In this document: in pieces, positions 1 to 13,003 of the stretch
How positions within the stretch are numbered: the first letter of the stretch is position 1
How the letters are laid out: the number at the start of each line of letters is the position of its first letter
Origin: a virus
Lineage: Duplodnaviria > Caudoviricetes
Virus record (IMG/VR): IMGVR_UViG_3300024261_000044
Coordinates: 1 to 52,200 of that record
Direction: 5' to 3' (one strand)
DNA length: 52,200 bases
Program-made: the position numbers and the translations under genes
The notes under the pieces: generated by a model
Told to the model about the DNA's origin: nothing
Database searches by the model: none
Seen by the model: the letters and a program-made list of their open reading frames with translations, nothing else

Positions 1-555
1 GTTTAAGGCGGGCTCACTTGACGGGTTAAAAAAGAAAGCTTTAAAATCATACGTAGATGGTTTATCAACCAACTCTATGGAGAAATCTGTTTCTAACAAA
101 CCGGTTTCTCTGTTGTATCCTGGGGTATCATCCCCAATACTTAAAGAAAATAATACATTATAATCTGAGGACGTTGATAACTTATAGAAAATATCTACTT
201 TACCAAGTATACCTGTAGAGGGTTGTAAGTTACTAAAAGCAAAGATTCCTTCACTGCCTTCCCCCTGCTGCCCTGAAAATGGGCTACCTTCAGTAACCCC
301 TAATGACGGAGAAGTTTGAAAAATTAGAGGAGCTGTGTCCTCTGCATCGAATTCGTCTACAATACTAACGTTTATACTGTCGTCGGATGAAAATCCCATA
401 CCATAGAATTTTATAAGGTACGGACCAGTTACTAAATTTTTAAATTCGTAAAAACCATACTTATCTGTTACATCTACGTCAACTCTAACATTATTGGAAT
501 TGTAAATGGATGCCATCACGCCACCTTTGTCTAATCTAGACTTATAAGAAGCCAT
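1..555 (-). CDS. Virion/tail-associated protein, 3' end outside window (MASYKSRLDKGG...)
   Basis: Frame is open from ATG 555 to the window edge. It is absent from the ORF track because no stop lies in the window. 'VTDKYGFYEFKNLVTGPYLIKF' resembles a CnaB/prealbumin-like beta-sandwich. Lies in the tail operon. Confidence 0.7.
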   Translation of the reverse strand, partial: MASYKSRLDKGGVMASIYNSNNVRVDVDVTDKYGFYEFKNLVTGPYLIKFYGMGFSSDDSINVSIVDEFDAEDTAPLIFQTSPSLGVTEGSPFSGQQGEGSEGIFAFSNLQPSTGILGKVDIFYKLSTSSDYNVLFSLSIGDDTPGYNRETGLLETDFSIELVDKPSTYDFKAFFFNPSSEPALN

Positions 556-561
556 GGCTTA

Positions 562-981
562 CTAACCCTTATCTGATATTTTTGGCTTTCCTGTGATGGA
601 AATACTACCAGTAAATGCGCAGTCATTATTAGGTGAAGTATCGTCCGGGTCAAACGCATCAATAATCATAGTTCTGGTTGACCCCTGTGCCGCCGTAATG
701 TCTACCTTTATAGATTGAGAAAAAATACCCGTACCGGAAACTTCTAGTATAGCAGCCATAGATTTTTGCTCATTTTGATATATTCTTATTATTGCTGGGT
801 CAGTACCGCTAACTCCGTCTGCACCCTTACAATCAAAAGTAATGCTAGTAAGTGTAAAGTCTACAGTTAAGTTTTCTCTGTGAAGTTCTCTAGCTTTTTC
901 TGTAATTCCAGAAAACCATTTATCACCAGTTGTGAGCCCAGAGGGCTCATTGTCTAACACCATTTTTTGTGTAAATCCCAT
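562..981 (-). CDS. Small tail-fibre-associated protein (139 aa)
   Basis: AGGA ribosome-binding site upstream; ends TAG; beta-rich; follows the tail fibre gene. Confidence 0.6.
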   Translation of the reverse strand: MGFTQKMVLDNEPSGLTTGDKWFSGITEKARELHRENLTVDFTLTSITFDCKGADGVSGTDPAIIRIYQNEQKSMAAILEVSGTGIFSQSIKVDITAAQGSTRTMIIDAFDPDDTSPNNDCAFTGSISITGKPKISDKG

Positions 982-990
982 ATCTATTTC

Positions 991-3900
991 CTATACGCTA
1001 AAGCTTGTTGAATGCCTATTAATTTTTGTTTCTCCCTTAGTTGAACTACCTGTAGAGTCTTTTATAAGAACATCTTTACCAGTTTGCTCTCCGTTACCCA
1101 TAGTAATTTCATCCCCATTTTTGTCGAAAGCATCAAACGTAACGTCACCAGTACCCGTGTCTTTAGTCACCAAACCTGAAACTACAGTTACATTAACTGG
1201 CATCTGTACGAGAATTTGATCTCCCGGAGCAATGCCTCCACCACCACTTACTATGTCACTATATAGTTCTGTGCCTACAGGCTGCTTATTTTGTAAAGGT
1301 CTTACTTTTACATACCACATAGAAGGCGTATTAGTAGTTACGGGGGTAAGTTTATTTCCCGTTATAAATTTTGTGACACTTGTATCTGATGCTGAAAATG
1401 AAGGATTTTCTGTTTTTGAATAAACTACTTCAAATTCGTGTGCACTATTCTGACCATCTGAAGAGTCGTACCACCCACTGCCAACAATCTCAATATTAAA
1501 CCCAAAGACACTGCTCGTCAATGAAATGCCTGCTGCTGTAGTTATGTTCGGAAGTTCATGTAAATAATTTTGTGAGTAGGAAACAAAGCCTGACCCATCA
1601 TGATCCGGGTCATACGTTCCTGCTGCCATCCTCTCAAAGCTAGTTTCTAAGTATGAATTTTTACCTTTTAACTCAAAATACCATCTTTTACCAAGATTTA
1701 GTTTTACTATGTAATTTGGGTTTGTTACAAATTCAGAGTCTAACATATACGTTTCTACATATCCCGTAGGCTGTGAGGTATTTGTATCCAGCTCAATACA
1801 TTTTAATACGTACCCATCGGAGTACCTATCTACAATACGAGCAGTGGATGCTGAGTCTTGGTCACTTTGTGTAAAAGTTGTTCCTACGGTAATTTCAATA
1901 TCTGTACCATTATCTACTATATTAGTTATTTTGTAAGAATTAGAAGTTTCTTCTAAATACAGGGTCTTTCCGTCGGTTAGCAGTAAATCGTTACTAGACA
2001 TAGTAAAATGAGTAAGCTTCACAGTATTTCCTCCTACGGAAGGTGCCTGGCCTGCTACAAAACTTAGTGCGTCATAGTTCCATTTTAGAGAAATAAATCC
2101 AGCTTGTTCTTCTTTATTGGAAGTTGGGTATACGTCGTAAAGTCTGAAGTTGGTTAATGTTGTGGGAGTACCTGCTACTGTAGCCACTAATCTTTGGTTG
2201 TCAGTTCCAAGCCCAAGATAGAATTCTTCATTTGCCACGCCACTTATATATACATTAGATCCTACGTCACCTCCACCTAAAGTAAGTCCGTAAATAACGG
2301 CATCATGTAAAGTTGTCACTCCAGTAAATTCAGATGACTGGCCTATACTTGCTCCTCCAGTTCTAACCTCATTTGCTTCAATATCCAGTATATTCATATT
2401 AGCATACCCCCATTCAAAAGAGCGGGTACCGCTTAAAGTAGGGTTTTGGGCCAAATCTATGCTATCTGCTAAAATTTTGGGAGAGTATAAAACTCCGTCT
2501 GAACTTTTAAAAGAAGCCACCTGTCCACCAGGACCAGTGATTTCCATATCTGGCCCGTTTACTTGGAAGTTAAACCCACCTGAAGTAGCTATACCGCCTA
2601 AGTTAAAGTTTGTTACGCTTCCAGTATCATTAAAAAATCGCGTGTCACCTTTAACCAGTAATCTCGAATTTTTAGTATTTAAAGTCTTGTTTATGCCTAA
2701 TGATAAGTTTCCGGACCTGTCAAATCCTGCGACCATATTAGTAAAAGTTTGCCCGGATGCAGTAGGTATATTTAAATTTTTTATTGACGCTTCGTTTATT
2801 GTAGATGAATTACTAATATCTAAATTTTCTATAACCCCGTATTCATTATATAAAGTCTGTATAGATGCGGCCCCGCCAGAAACAGAAAGTCCACCATCCC
2901 CGACAATGTTAACTTCTTGAAGCTGTGCAAACCCACCAGTTAAATTTTGTATTGTTCCCAAGTTATCTACTGTGAGGTTCCTAGATACCTCTGTATCTTT
3001 TGAGTACATAGTATTAGATGCTTTTATATTTCCAGTAACATGTAGCATCTCTTCTGGAGATACGTTGTTAATTCCTATGTGACCATCTGAATTCCTAACT
3101 AAAATTCTATCGTTACTTCCAGTTTTTATTACTAAATTTGATGTAGAGTCTGTTTCAATAAAAGACTCGTTTGTACCTGTGTACATACTAACAGAGCTAG
3201 TACCTTCAGAATTATGGATAGTTAAAGCTTTCCATAAATTTGATGTTTGCTTAATATGTAAAGAAGATGTGTCTGTGGAAGAGGGTACATACCCTATACC
3301 TACAGACCCGTCTGTTTTTAAGTACAGTTGATTGTTAGTTACTGAGCTACTGTACACAGCTTTTAAAATTAAATCTTCGTTATATGAGCTAACCTTCCCT
3401 GCATTAATTACCACTTCTTTATCAAAATAGTATCTCGGCATGTCGGTATTAAAGTGAGATCACTCGCTATTCTGTGCACCAATAGTAGTGTACCCATACC
3501 TAGTTTGTAGTTTTACTGCACCACCCTGTTGGTCACCTTGTATACTCCCTCCAGTATGTAAAGCTTCTTGTGGGTTTTTATTGTTAATACCTACCTTACC
3601 GTCCCCAGTGATGGTGACTACCCCAGCAACAGAGCTTCCATTAGGTGATAAGTTTATAACGTCTGGAGAACCTTCTGTATAAAAAATACCGTGGTCAGGG
3701 CTGCTGGTAGAGTAAGCAATTCCAAATGTTGCGTTAGCTTGGCCTCCCATATACACTCTTCTAGACACGCTAGGGGTAAGTTCTATGTTACCGTCTATTG
3801 TTAACTCGGAAGTAGGCACACTAGTTTTTATTCCAACTTTTCCTTCACTTTTATCCACAATAAATACATTGTCAGATACTAGTATGTCATCACCAAACTC

Positions 3901-4647
3901 AACCTTACCTTGTTGCTTGTAGTTTCCAGTAGAATCCCTATCTTTTAAAATTACATCATTTTCGTTTAAAATACTCTTTGATAATTTCAATGAAGATAGG
4001 CCCCGTAAATCGATGACTCCTAATGAGCTAGATGTCCATGTTTTACTAGAAGAGTCCAAAAACGTAAATGTACTATTCTTTAATAGTCTACCTGTGGAAT
4101 CAGTTTTTACTATTGCTAACGGTATTTCATCTAAAGGGTTTACTATAAAAGCTGAATTTAAATTATCTCCTGAAACTAAAACTTTAATTGAGGGTAAAAA
4201 GGTATCAGTATATAATGTGTTTCTTTTAGAGTAAGGTGTTTCTCCAGATGTATCATATAAAAATGCATTCATTGCTGATACTGGATTACTCCCAACTTCT
4301 TGGAAGGATCCTTTTATTAAGTACGTAGTATCTGCTTGTGTTGTTACACCTAAATCCGGCAATGAAAAGTAAGTGCTTGCTTCTAAGTTTATTAAACTTC
4401 CATTATTTAAGTATGCTTTTCCCGGTTGAACTAAAAATTGAGTTGGGACACCACTTGTTGGCTCAGAAAAGATTTGAAAAGTTGAGTCTGAAAAAGGTAT
4501 TTCCCCGTTTACTACGTCAATTGGGATTGCAAAAGAATTAAATAATATGTTTAATCTTTTATATAGGTTAGATTGTACGGCAAATTGAAGATCGTCAAAT
4601 ACTTTTTCTAAATTTTGTACTGTTCCGGATGGTATTTTTATTCTCAT
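991..4647 (-). CDS. Tail fibre/virion structural protein, about 1218 aa with TGA=Trp (TGA at 3460)
   Basis: ORFs 3460..4647 and 991..3441 share a frame, joined as IGAQNSE*SHFNTDMPRYYFDK. Carries repeated GxVGIxxxxP..LxVxG fibre repeats and C-terminal FN3-like segments. Ends TAG. Confidence 0.8.
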
Positions 4648-4662
4648 TTTATTTTATCCTGT

Positions 4663-7386
4663 TTATATTGGGGCTATTCATTCTACTGTACAATTAAATA
4701 ATGCACAATACTCCCTACCCGATGTTTCATGCTCAACAAATGTAAGTTTTTTATAACCAGGAGAAGTGGTTTTATGCACACCTTGTAACGATCAGTATTG
4801 AACAGTATTACCGTTAGAGTTGAAATCAGATGTGAACGCTAGTCCTACTGTTACACCGTCTACTAGACACTTTATGAATGACTTAGCATTGTCAGCAGAA
4901 TTGTAATTTACTCCAAGATTAGCTATTATTCTGTAGTACCCCGCTTTTGGTCAGTAAGTGTATCTGGTACCCGTCGTTTTTTCAAATGGAGCAACCACAG
5001 TACTAGCATTTTCGGCAGAGGTAGAACTATTTCACCCAACTGCACCCGGACTATCTGTCATGAAGTGTCTACCGTTCCCGCTGTTATAAGGAACAATTAT
5101 TGTCGTGAAAGGAGCGTGATAAGCTGGACTTACGTCGCTAGGTTTAATTTGAAAAAGTTGTGATTGCACAAGACTTGCATCTTTCAAGTCATTCCCTCGG
5201 AAATCTATGCTCTTATTTACTTCTATATCAGAACTAGATGGAGAGGTTAAACTATTTATAATTAACGACTCAGTAACTGTTAGCTCACTTGCAGTAAAGG
5301 AATTAGATACGATTAAATCTTCTATATTTATGGTTCCGGCAGATACTATACCTTCTGCTTTGATTCTTCCGTTAACATGAAGCATTATATCTGCAGCTGG
5401 AGTAAACTCTTGAGAATTACTAATTCCAATCTTGCCGTTGTATGCTCTTAAGAATACATCATTGTCGGTATTAGATCCTCTTTTAAAACGTAAAAATGCT
5501 GACCCATCATCGTCCTGCATTTCTAGGACGGGACTACCCGCAATTGTACTTGTCATAATATAGGACGTTGGGTCTTGTACTCTAAAACCTAGGTTTAAGC
5601 TTGTCGAATACACATCTAACATTCGCTCTGGATTATTAGTATTAACACCTACCTTTCCAGAAGTATCAATAATAAACTCTGGTACGGAGTTGGCTGTTTG
5701 TTTAATTACATAATCACTTGCATCCCCGCCAGAACCGTTTGAGTCGTCCATACCCGTTAACCAATCTAGACTGCTATCACTATCAACAAAATTTACGGTT
5801 CTTTGTCCCGTACCTTTAATTCTTACAATAGAGTGGTCTTCTCCTTCAAAGACTGCAGAAACATCATCGTTGGAAGTGTCATTAGACAAGTACACATGAA
5901 GTTTACCTTCTGGGGTTGATTCGTTAATCCCTACTCGACCATCCCCGGTTATAGCTATGTCCTCCCTCTCACTTGTACTATTTACAAATTTTAAAGTACC
6001 GTTTTGGTTTTGTATCCTAAAGTCGTCTCCAGAAGTATCATGTATTTCTAGTCTAGCGTCTGTGTTAGAAATTCTTATAGACCCATTTACTTCTAAAGCC
6101 TGATTTGGGTCGTTAGTATTTATACCTATCTTTCCAGCATCAGTTATTCAAACTCGTTCAGCATTATTTGTTTTAAAAATTAAATTATTACTTTCCGTAC
6201 CTATTCAGTTGTAGCCAAACGTAGAGTCTTGGTCTTCAAAAGATATAAATGACCCTGTACCACTGTTTTTTACTCTCAATATGTTCCCAGTAGTGCTTGT
6301 TACGTCTATGTCTAAACCGCTCACAGTTGGTGAGACTGTTCCTATGCCTTGATTACCTGATACATATAGGTCATCTGATAGAGTAGATATACCAGTTACT
6401 CCAAGACTGCCGACTAAAGTTGAGTTACCGTCTACATTTAAATTGCTATCAAAATCCACATTACCGGTGGAAAGAAAAGTTCCATCTACTTTTGTATCGC
6501 CAGACACATGTAATTTGTAAGTACTAAGCCCACTATCTGTGTGTATGCCGACATTTCCACCTGCACTGAGTACTATACCATCCGTACTTCCGAACAATGA
6601 ATTCTGAATAATTCTGAAGGTACCGTTGTCATGTCTACCTACGTAGGATTTAGTTCCAGTACTGTCTGAAAATTTTACTGCTTTGTATGAAGAATTTTTT
6701 ATTGTTATATAAGAGCTATTATCAGAGCTCTCAAAAGTTGCAAGGTTATCACTTGAATCATAAACAGAAAGTGGGTCAGGTGAAATACTTGTAACACTAC
6801 TTCCTATGGAAAGGTTTTCTGACATTAGTACCTGTCCTTGAACATCCATTTTAAACCCAGATGTTAAAATATTTCCTTCTCCGAAAGTTAAAGTTTGTCC
6901 AGTTTTTACAAGTTTCACATCAGAATCAAGAGACACTTCTAAAGTACCATGTGGTTGGTTAGGAGTCCAATCTGTCGTTATACCGTTAGATCCTGAGATT
7001 GTAATAGTACTAACATTGTTCGTATCGTCTACAGATAACTCGTAGGAAGAATAGTTATTATCATTATCTTCTGGAGAATCAAACTTTATTAAAGTACTAT
7101 GAAGGTCTTTCCTACCTATATTTAAAATATTATCCCCAGCCACTCCCAGGCCAGTAACGGAATTATCGGATGTTATAGTTTTATTCTGTAAAGTTTGGGT
7201 TGCGCTTGTCCCGACAAGTACACTACTAGAAGGAGCATTAGGGCCTATCGCTTCGTAAGTTTCTGATGTTGAGTCATCTACGTCAAACACAGTTAAATCA
7301 GCATCGATACTAGTCATGTTACTATTCATAGTATTCATACCTTCTCTTGGTGTCATTCCTGACGTAATTAATGTTATATTTGCCAT
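4663..7386 (-). CDS. Tail fibre protein, about 907 aa with TGA=Trp (TGA at 6205, 6148, 5032, 4951, 4792, 4678)
   Basis: ORFs 6205..7386 and 5032..5895 plus the gaps form one frame with no TAA/TAG until 4663. Contains several GNVGI/GKVGV...LHVxG repeats. Ends ...CTVE*IAPI-TAA, 15 nt before the next ATG. Confidence 0.8.
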
Positions 7387-7412
7387 ATTTTTTTTCTTAT
7401 CCTTTGTCTAAA

Positions 7413-9320
7413 TTAAGGTAAATCTTCGTAAGGTAACTCCGCATCCCATAAAGTCCAGCTATTTTCTCCTCAGGTTGCTCACTCACTTGTGCCAGAAACT
7501 TTCACTAAGTGCTCTGTCTCAACCGAATTGTCTGAATCATAAGTTGTCAGTTTAAACTTATACAACCTATGAGTTGGAGGAACATTAGAAACGGTAGCTG
7601 ATAACTCCAAGCTTGTTTCATTAGTCATAGTAACCCCTAGGTCACTGCCACCATAACTTTCTATAGGCTCAACTAGTTCTCACTTATAGCTTAATATATC
7701 GTCTTCAGGGTCAGAAACCAAGCCCGAAAGTAAAATATTTGCTGAGGATGACGTAGGGTCATACCATTCAGAATCTGAGTAAGTAACTACTTCAGGAGGT
7801 AAGTTAAAAACATTAGCTATTAATCCTGGGGGTACTCTGTCTGTAATAAATTTATCTATAAATAACTTGTGTCCTTTGAATATGTTTTTTACACGGTTAG
7901 TAACTTGTATACCTAAAGTATGGTAGAACTCTTGAGGATTTGATACCTCTCCTGAATACCGACTTTCATCATCTATAATGCTTATTTTACCACCCTCGTT
8001 CTCGTGGTACGCACATTGATAATAAATAGTATTTGGTGTGTCTTTTAAGGGAGTAAAAAATACGTCCCCTACTTCGGACTTCGCATTCTCAACAAACCTG
8101 TTTTCTTCATCTTTTATGGGGTACCCACCTCTAATGTCTGAAGAAAAATAAAAAGCATGGTTGTTAGAATCTACTTCAAATTTATACCGTTTTCTTCTAA
8201 CTAATGACAAAGACTTTCTTTTTTCACCGTCTAGTGAGAATTGATTTTTTCCGCCATCATGATACCCAACGTCACCAATCTCTTTTATTGATGTTGTTAC
8301 TTTAAAGGTATCTCCATCTCTTGTTAGTATTCCAGATATCATAGAAGGATTGCTATCATAATCATACATTGATACCCCAGATATCAAAGAAGAAAATTTG
8401 TCTATTTCATCTCCCACTGATGGGGCGAAGTATGATTCATTTGTAACTTCATAAACTATGTCACCAGTTAATCCAGATATAGTAATGTAATTACTAGTAC
8501 TATTACTTGTTAAACTAGACACTGTTCCAGCCTCATAACTAAAAGGTACACCTAAAATAAGGGAGTATAAGTTTTGTAAATTTTTTAAAGTCGGGTGTTT
8601 CTTTGACGTAGAGTACATTGCATGAGATAACTTAGTTAGGTGTAAGGCCCATTCTTTTTGTTTTTCTAAGTAATTTTTATTTTCATTATTCCATCCACTA
8701 ATAAAGGGCTCGTACCGACCACTTAAAATTATTCTCTCTGGGTCAGGTTCTCCAAATGCTGAGAAAAATACCCCCGTTAAAGATGGGACGAGACTTATGC
8801 CCTCAACAGAGTAGAAGTTTTCACCATAGTTATTAGGCATTTGGTTTGTATTTAAATTTACTCCGCTCCCCGTTGTAGAATAAGTCCCAGCTTCACTTTC
8901 GTAAGAATTGATGTCAGTTAAAAATTTTAAATAGTGTAAGTTATGTATCTCGTAGTCTGTGCCCTCCTGTAAAACTTGCCCAGTACTAATTCCACTCAAT
9001 TCAGGAATTGATAAATACATATCATCTCCAGGTAGTTTATAATAATGCACACCACTAACCATACTCACAGTATTTTTTTCATCACCCTCAAAAGTTACAT
9101 CATATATTTGATGTCCGTGCTCTATGTACCCTCTAGATAAGTCTAAATATTGTGTAAGGTTAGCTTGATATAAGTCGTATGTTAGCCCCTCTGTACCCTC
9201 AAACAGTGCAATTCAAAAAGCTTCTATTCTTTCCTTACTTTCTTTATCAAGTTTACCGTAGAAAGTCCCTAAGATATCTCATAAAGACGAAACATTAATA
9301 TTTGGGTCAGGTGAAAACAT
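7413..9320 (-). CDS. Baseplate wedge/structural protein with cupredoxin-like and PKD-like domains, about 635 aa (TGA at 9279, 9213, 7680, 7479, 7470)
   Basis: ATG 9320 directly follows the upstream TAA. MFSPDPNINVSSL*DILGTFY...IEAF*; PKD-type SDPEDDILSYK*ELV; ends SE*AT*GENSWTLWDAELPYEDLP-TAA. Confidence 0.75.
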
Positions 9321-10940
9321 TTAAACCTGTGATATTCCTACTAAACTTTCATCGTTAGCATAAAACCTTCCTACTTGAGTTATAGACATCTCGTATGCTT
9401 GGCCTCTTACTGATAAGACATCGCTCACAAACTCTGTATTAAAAGATTTCACAGATACGTCCATGTCTAAATTTACATGAGTAGCACCATTAGCATACAG
9501 TAAGTCTACAAAGTCTGACTTGTCGAAAGAAGTCCTTTCTAGAGAATTTATATAGTCTTTAAACTTATCTTTCATAAGAACTTCATCTACCCCCCCAGAG
9601 TACTCTAAATCGTTGATTTGAATTATATGTGGAGGCATTGCTTTTACTAACATATCGGATGCCGGAAATTTAAAGTTTTCTCCAATTATTAAGGAGTTAG
9701 CAGAGGATCCAAATGACCAGTGTCTGTAAGTTATATCTACCTCTGTCCCTACACTATCCTCCTCAAACAGTATTAAGAAGTTTGTTTTGTTGGAAAATGC
9801 AAGTGACTTGTCTACAATAGATATATTGTACGACGACGGGTCAAACTCTTCTTGAGAATAATGCTCAGTTAATGAAAGTATCTCCACAACATAAGGGTCG
9901 AAAGAAGATATGTTACTTGTAATTATTTGGTTACTGTCACTGACTGTGCCAGTAGCTACACCTACCTGGTAATTACTAGGGTCATGGATGTATATGTCAG
10001 TAGAATTCCCTCTATGTATTCCGTCTAAGTTAGTATTGGAAACTTTTATATAGTATGTAACCAGTGAGTGCTCAACGTCTCTATCTAAGTCTGCTCCAGG
10101 GTATTCAAAGTCTGGGCCTGAGTTAGCAGCGGTTGCGGCTAAACTAATAAAACCGTTGTCATCTTTATACCAGCTAATTGGTTCCACAGATGATTGTATC
10201 TTTTGCAAATCTCTATCGTCGTCTATAGTATGAGAATGGGAGCCTAGTGATTCTCACTCAGAATTTTTTACATTTCAAATGCCTAGCTTTACCTTACTAT
10301 GTGGGTAGGTTACTTTATCTGATTCTGCAGCATATAACACGGGATCATACCCTACTCCGTAATAGTCTACAGTTAATGGCCCACTGTCCGGAAACTCTAA
10401 GCTATCCAATTTAAATTTAAATAGCTGCATAGGAAATGTCTCTTCGAAAGACTCAATAATTAAGTTATCATAATACCACTCAGAATTTCTAGTTTGCGCA
10501 ACTGCTAATCCAAAGTGTTCCCCCTTAGCAACAGGTATGTAAGGTGGGTATGTTTGACCTCTATTGATAATTGCAGTGTTATCTGCAAACTCAGTAAATT
10601 CTTCTGAATCAAATATCCAAGCTTTAGTAGCCATCTTCGGCCAAACCTTCATTTGAAAATCATACCATTTATTAGGCTCTATCCAAGATTTAGCTGCTTG
10701 AAGGAATTGATTTTTACCTGATGTCTGATCAAACATCTGATCATGGCCAACCCACACCTCTTCCTGAAGTATATCGTTGTCAACTAAGTACACATTATAT
10801 TTTCAAAAGTTTTTATTGTCTTTTATCTTCCCTATGTACCCAGATGCTTCCTTTACTGTCATTCCAGTATGTTCTGCAAACACAGCTAAGTCACCCACGT
10901 AATTTGGGCTATAAGGGTCTTTTGATGTATAAACTGGCAT
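9321..10940 (-). CDS. Baseplate protein (probable C-terminal partner of the J-like protein), about 539 aa (TGA at 10803, 10275, 10254)
   Basis: ATG overlaps the upstream stop (TAATG) and has a GGAGGT Shine-Dalgarno. Joins ORFs 10275..10793 and 9321..10208 via KLGI*NVKNSE*ESLG. Confidence 0.75.
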
Positions 10941-12562
10941 TATAAAGCACCTCCCGCAATTTGTTGTTCGTCTTCGTGAGTTGCACCATTAGGATCATTT
11001 AAAAACTCTCCTGGACCTAAGACTTGATTATTCTGCATTCTTATTAAAAATCCGGGCTGTTTCCTCCAGGCTATGCCGTATCCATCATGTGGTAAGTGAG
11101 GGCTAGAATTTCTAAGTGATGTAATATAAGACATCTCACCATTCTCTGTCTTATCATTTGTTTTAAATCTACAAGTTGTTGTAGTACCTGTATGTTGTGA
11201 TAGGGGCTTATGAAAAATTGGTGCCAGATTATTATAATTTTCATTACTAATCATGCTAGATAATTCCTCATATGCAGCATCAGTTGTACCTGCCATTACC
11301 GACCCTACAAGTGAGTATATATTTTGCAATTCTGCCAACCCTATTTGTATATCGCCTGTATAATCTGGAGAATTTGGGTCCTGACTTAATGACTTACCTA
11401 GTCTTAAAACTCCAGTGTCAGCACCAGAGTCGTACCCAAGACCAATCTCGTCTAAGTACGCAAGCGTATTACTTGGGGTTATGCCGTCGTGCATCTGCCA
11501 TTGACCAGAGTTAAGTACAGTAGCAAAGTGCATTTGTAATTCCTCTTGTATATCAGCCGTCTCTGCTCCCCCAATGAAGTTAAAGTATTCTCTAGCTAGA
11601 ACAAATTGATCTTGTCTAGAGTATTCTATGTCGTTCTTTTTATACAAACCTTCGTACATAGAATCAGAAAATTCATTTATCCACCCATCTGGGCTAGGAA
11701 AAGCAACGTCAGCAGATTCATCAATATCTACAAAAACATCAGAATACGCAGCGTGTTTTTTATCGTATAGACCGTCGTGTTTTCCGGAGTACACAAGATA
11801 AAAATCTTCATCTTCATAAGATGAGACTTGCTCAGTAAGATTGGTTAAGTCCCTTTTCATTAATGGGTGTCCTGCACCAACCACGTCTATAGCTACAATA
11901 CTAGAATATGAACTTTTTAGTTTAGATTTTATACCATATGCTGATGCTAAGGAAGTATTATTTATTTCATCTTTTAGTCTTTGTAAAAAACTTTCGTTGT
12001 CTTCATGCTGTACCCCACCCACAAAAGCTTGCACATTAGTTATATATAAAGGAGTAAACCCTAAACTATTAGATTTTGTAACAGTACCTGACTTCATGTT
12101 ATAATCATCTCCAGGATTCACAGCCTTAATTGGAATCTTACCTGTATCATAATTTGGGTAGTCTGAGGTATTTTGACTCATCTGATACTTAGTTATGCTA
12201 AATTCTGATACGGTCTCGAATTTTAAGTTACCAGACGTATCAGTAAACATAATACCTTTTGGTAGCTCTATAGCCCTTGGAGCTGAAAAATACATATATA
12301 TAAAACCCGATGAAAAGCTCCCTGACTTTCTTTCTACTAAGTAGTTTGAGGCTATAGCATCTAGCTCTTCCTCAGATAACTTAGATATATCAGTTAAAGA
12401 TTGTTTTTTAAGAAATTCTTCGTGATCCAACTGGTACGGAGTCAAAATAGATGTTAAAGGATTAATTAAAATATCGGATATAACACTCCCCTCGCGTACG
12501 TCTATAGTATTATCTAATTCCTGTATCCTTTTTCTTATGTAATTTGGAATATTTATTGGCAT
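10940..12562 (-). CDS. Baseplate J-like (wedge) protein, 540 aa
   Basis: DVREGSVISDILINP, LDAIASNYLVERKSGSFSSG, GGVQHEDNESFLQRLK are typical baseplate J/gp6-like segments. No TGA. Confidence 0.75.
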   Translation of the reverse strand: MPINIPNYIRKRIQELDNTIDVREGSVISDILINPLTSILTPYQLDHEEFLKKQSLTDISKLSEEELDAIASNYLVERKSGSFSSGFIYMYFSAPRAIELPKGIMFTDTSGNLKFETVSEFSITKYQMSQNTSDYPNYDTGKIPIKAVNPGDDYNMKSGTVTKSNSLGFTPLYITNVQAFVGGVQHEDNESFLQRLKDEINNTSLASAYGIKSKLKSSYSSIVAIDVVGAGHPLMKRDLTNLTEQVSSYEDEDFYLVYSGKHDGLYDKKHAAYSDVFVDIDESADVAFPSPDGWINEFSDSMYEGLYKKNDIEYSRQDQFVLAREYFNFIGGAETADIQEELQMHFATVLNSGQWQMHDGITPSNTLAYLDEIGLGYDSGADTGVLRLGKSLSQDPNSPDYTGDIQIGLAELQNIYSLVGSVMAGTTDAAYEELSSMISNENYNNLAPIFHKPLSQHTGTTTTCRFKTNDKTENGEMSYITSLRNSSPHLPHDGYGIAWRKQPGFLIRMQNNQVLGPGEFLNDPNGATHEDEQQIAGGAL

Positions 12563-12572
12563 TTCATGTCCT

Positions 12573-13001
12573 CTAGATTGTCACTAGTATTGAGTTGTTT
12601 GCATTTGTTAAAACATTTATTGAAATAAGTCATCCACCAAAAGTCTCATCGTACTCTATTGATTCCACAGACAACTCCTGTAAGGTTTCATAATCTGATA
12701 AATTTGAGTAATCATTTTGTTCGTTTATAAGTTCCTCTTCTACATCTTTTAAAAGAATAGAAAAAGTATTTTTAAATTGTTTTGCTTCATCTAAAGAGAG
12801 AGCAGTAAACAACCCATAAAAATTTGTACCTATTTTGGTATTAAAAGCGTCCGACCCCTCTATTGTAAATATACGCTTTATTATCCTTTGAATCAAGTTA
12901 GAAACTCCGTCTACTTGCTCTGGGGTACCGGGGAAGAATGTTACCATTCGACTATCTGCGGACCCTACGTAGTCAATCAGTTTAAAATCTACTAATCCCA
13001 T
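12573..13001 (-). CDS. gp25-like baseplate wedge/sheath initiator, about 142 aa (TGA at 12630)
   Basis: VDGVSNLIQRIIKRIFTIEGSDAFNTKIGT is gp25-like. Readthrough adds *LISINVLTNANNSILVTI-TAG, completing the terminal beta strands and ending 10 nt before the next gene. Confidence 0.7.
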
Positions 13002-13003
13002 AA

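Noticed and set aside
979-993. TAG readthrough joining 991..4647 to the in-frame ORF 562..981
   Set aside because: An AGGA ribosome-binding site precedes ATG 981. TAG is a clear stop elsewhere (sheath, tube, recU, TAG-TAG at 22951).
4663-10940. TGA as selenocysteine or glycine (code 25)
   Set aside because: Contexts match conserved Trp positions (PKD, FN3 and WN...WE motifs), not Cys redox motifs or Gly positions. Up to six per gene is implausible for Sec.
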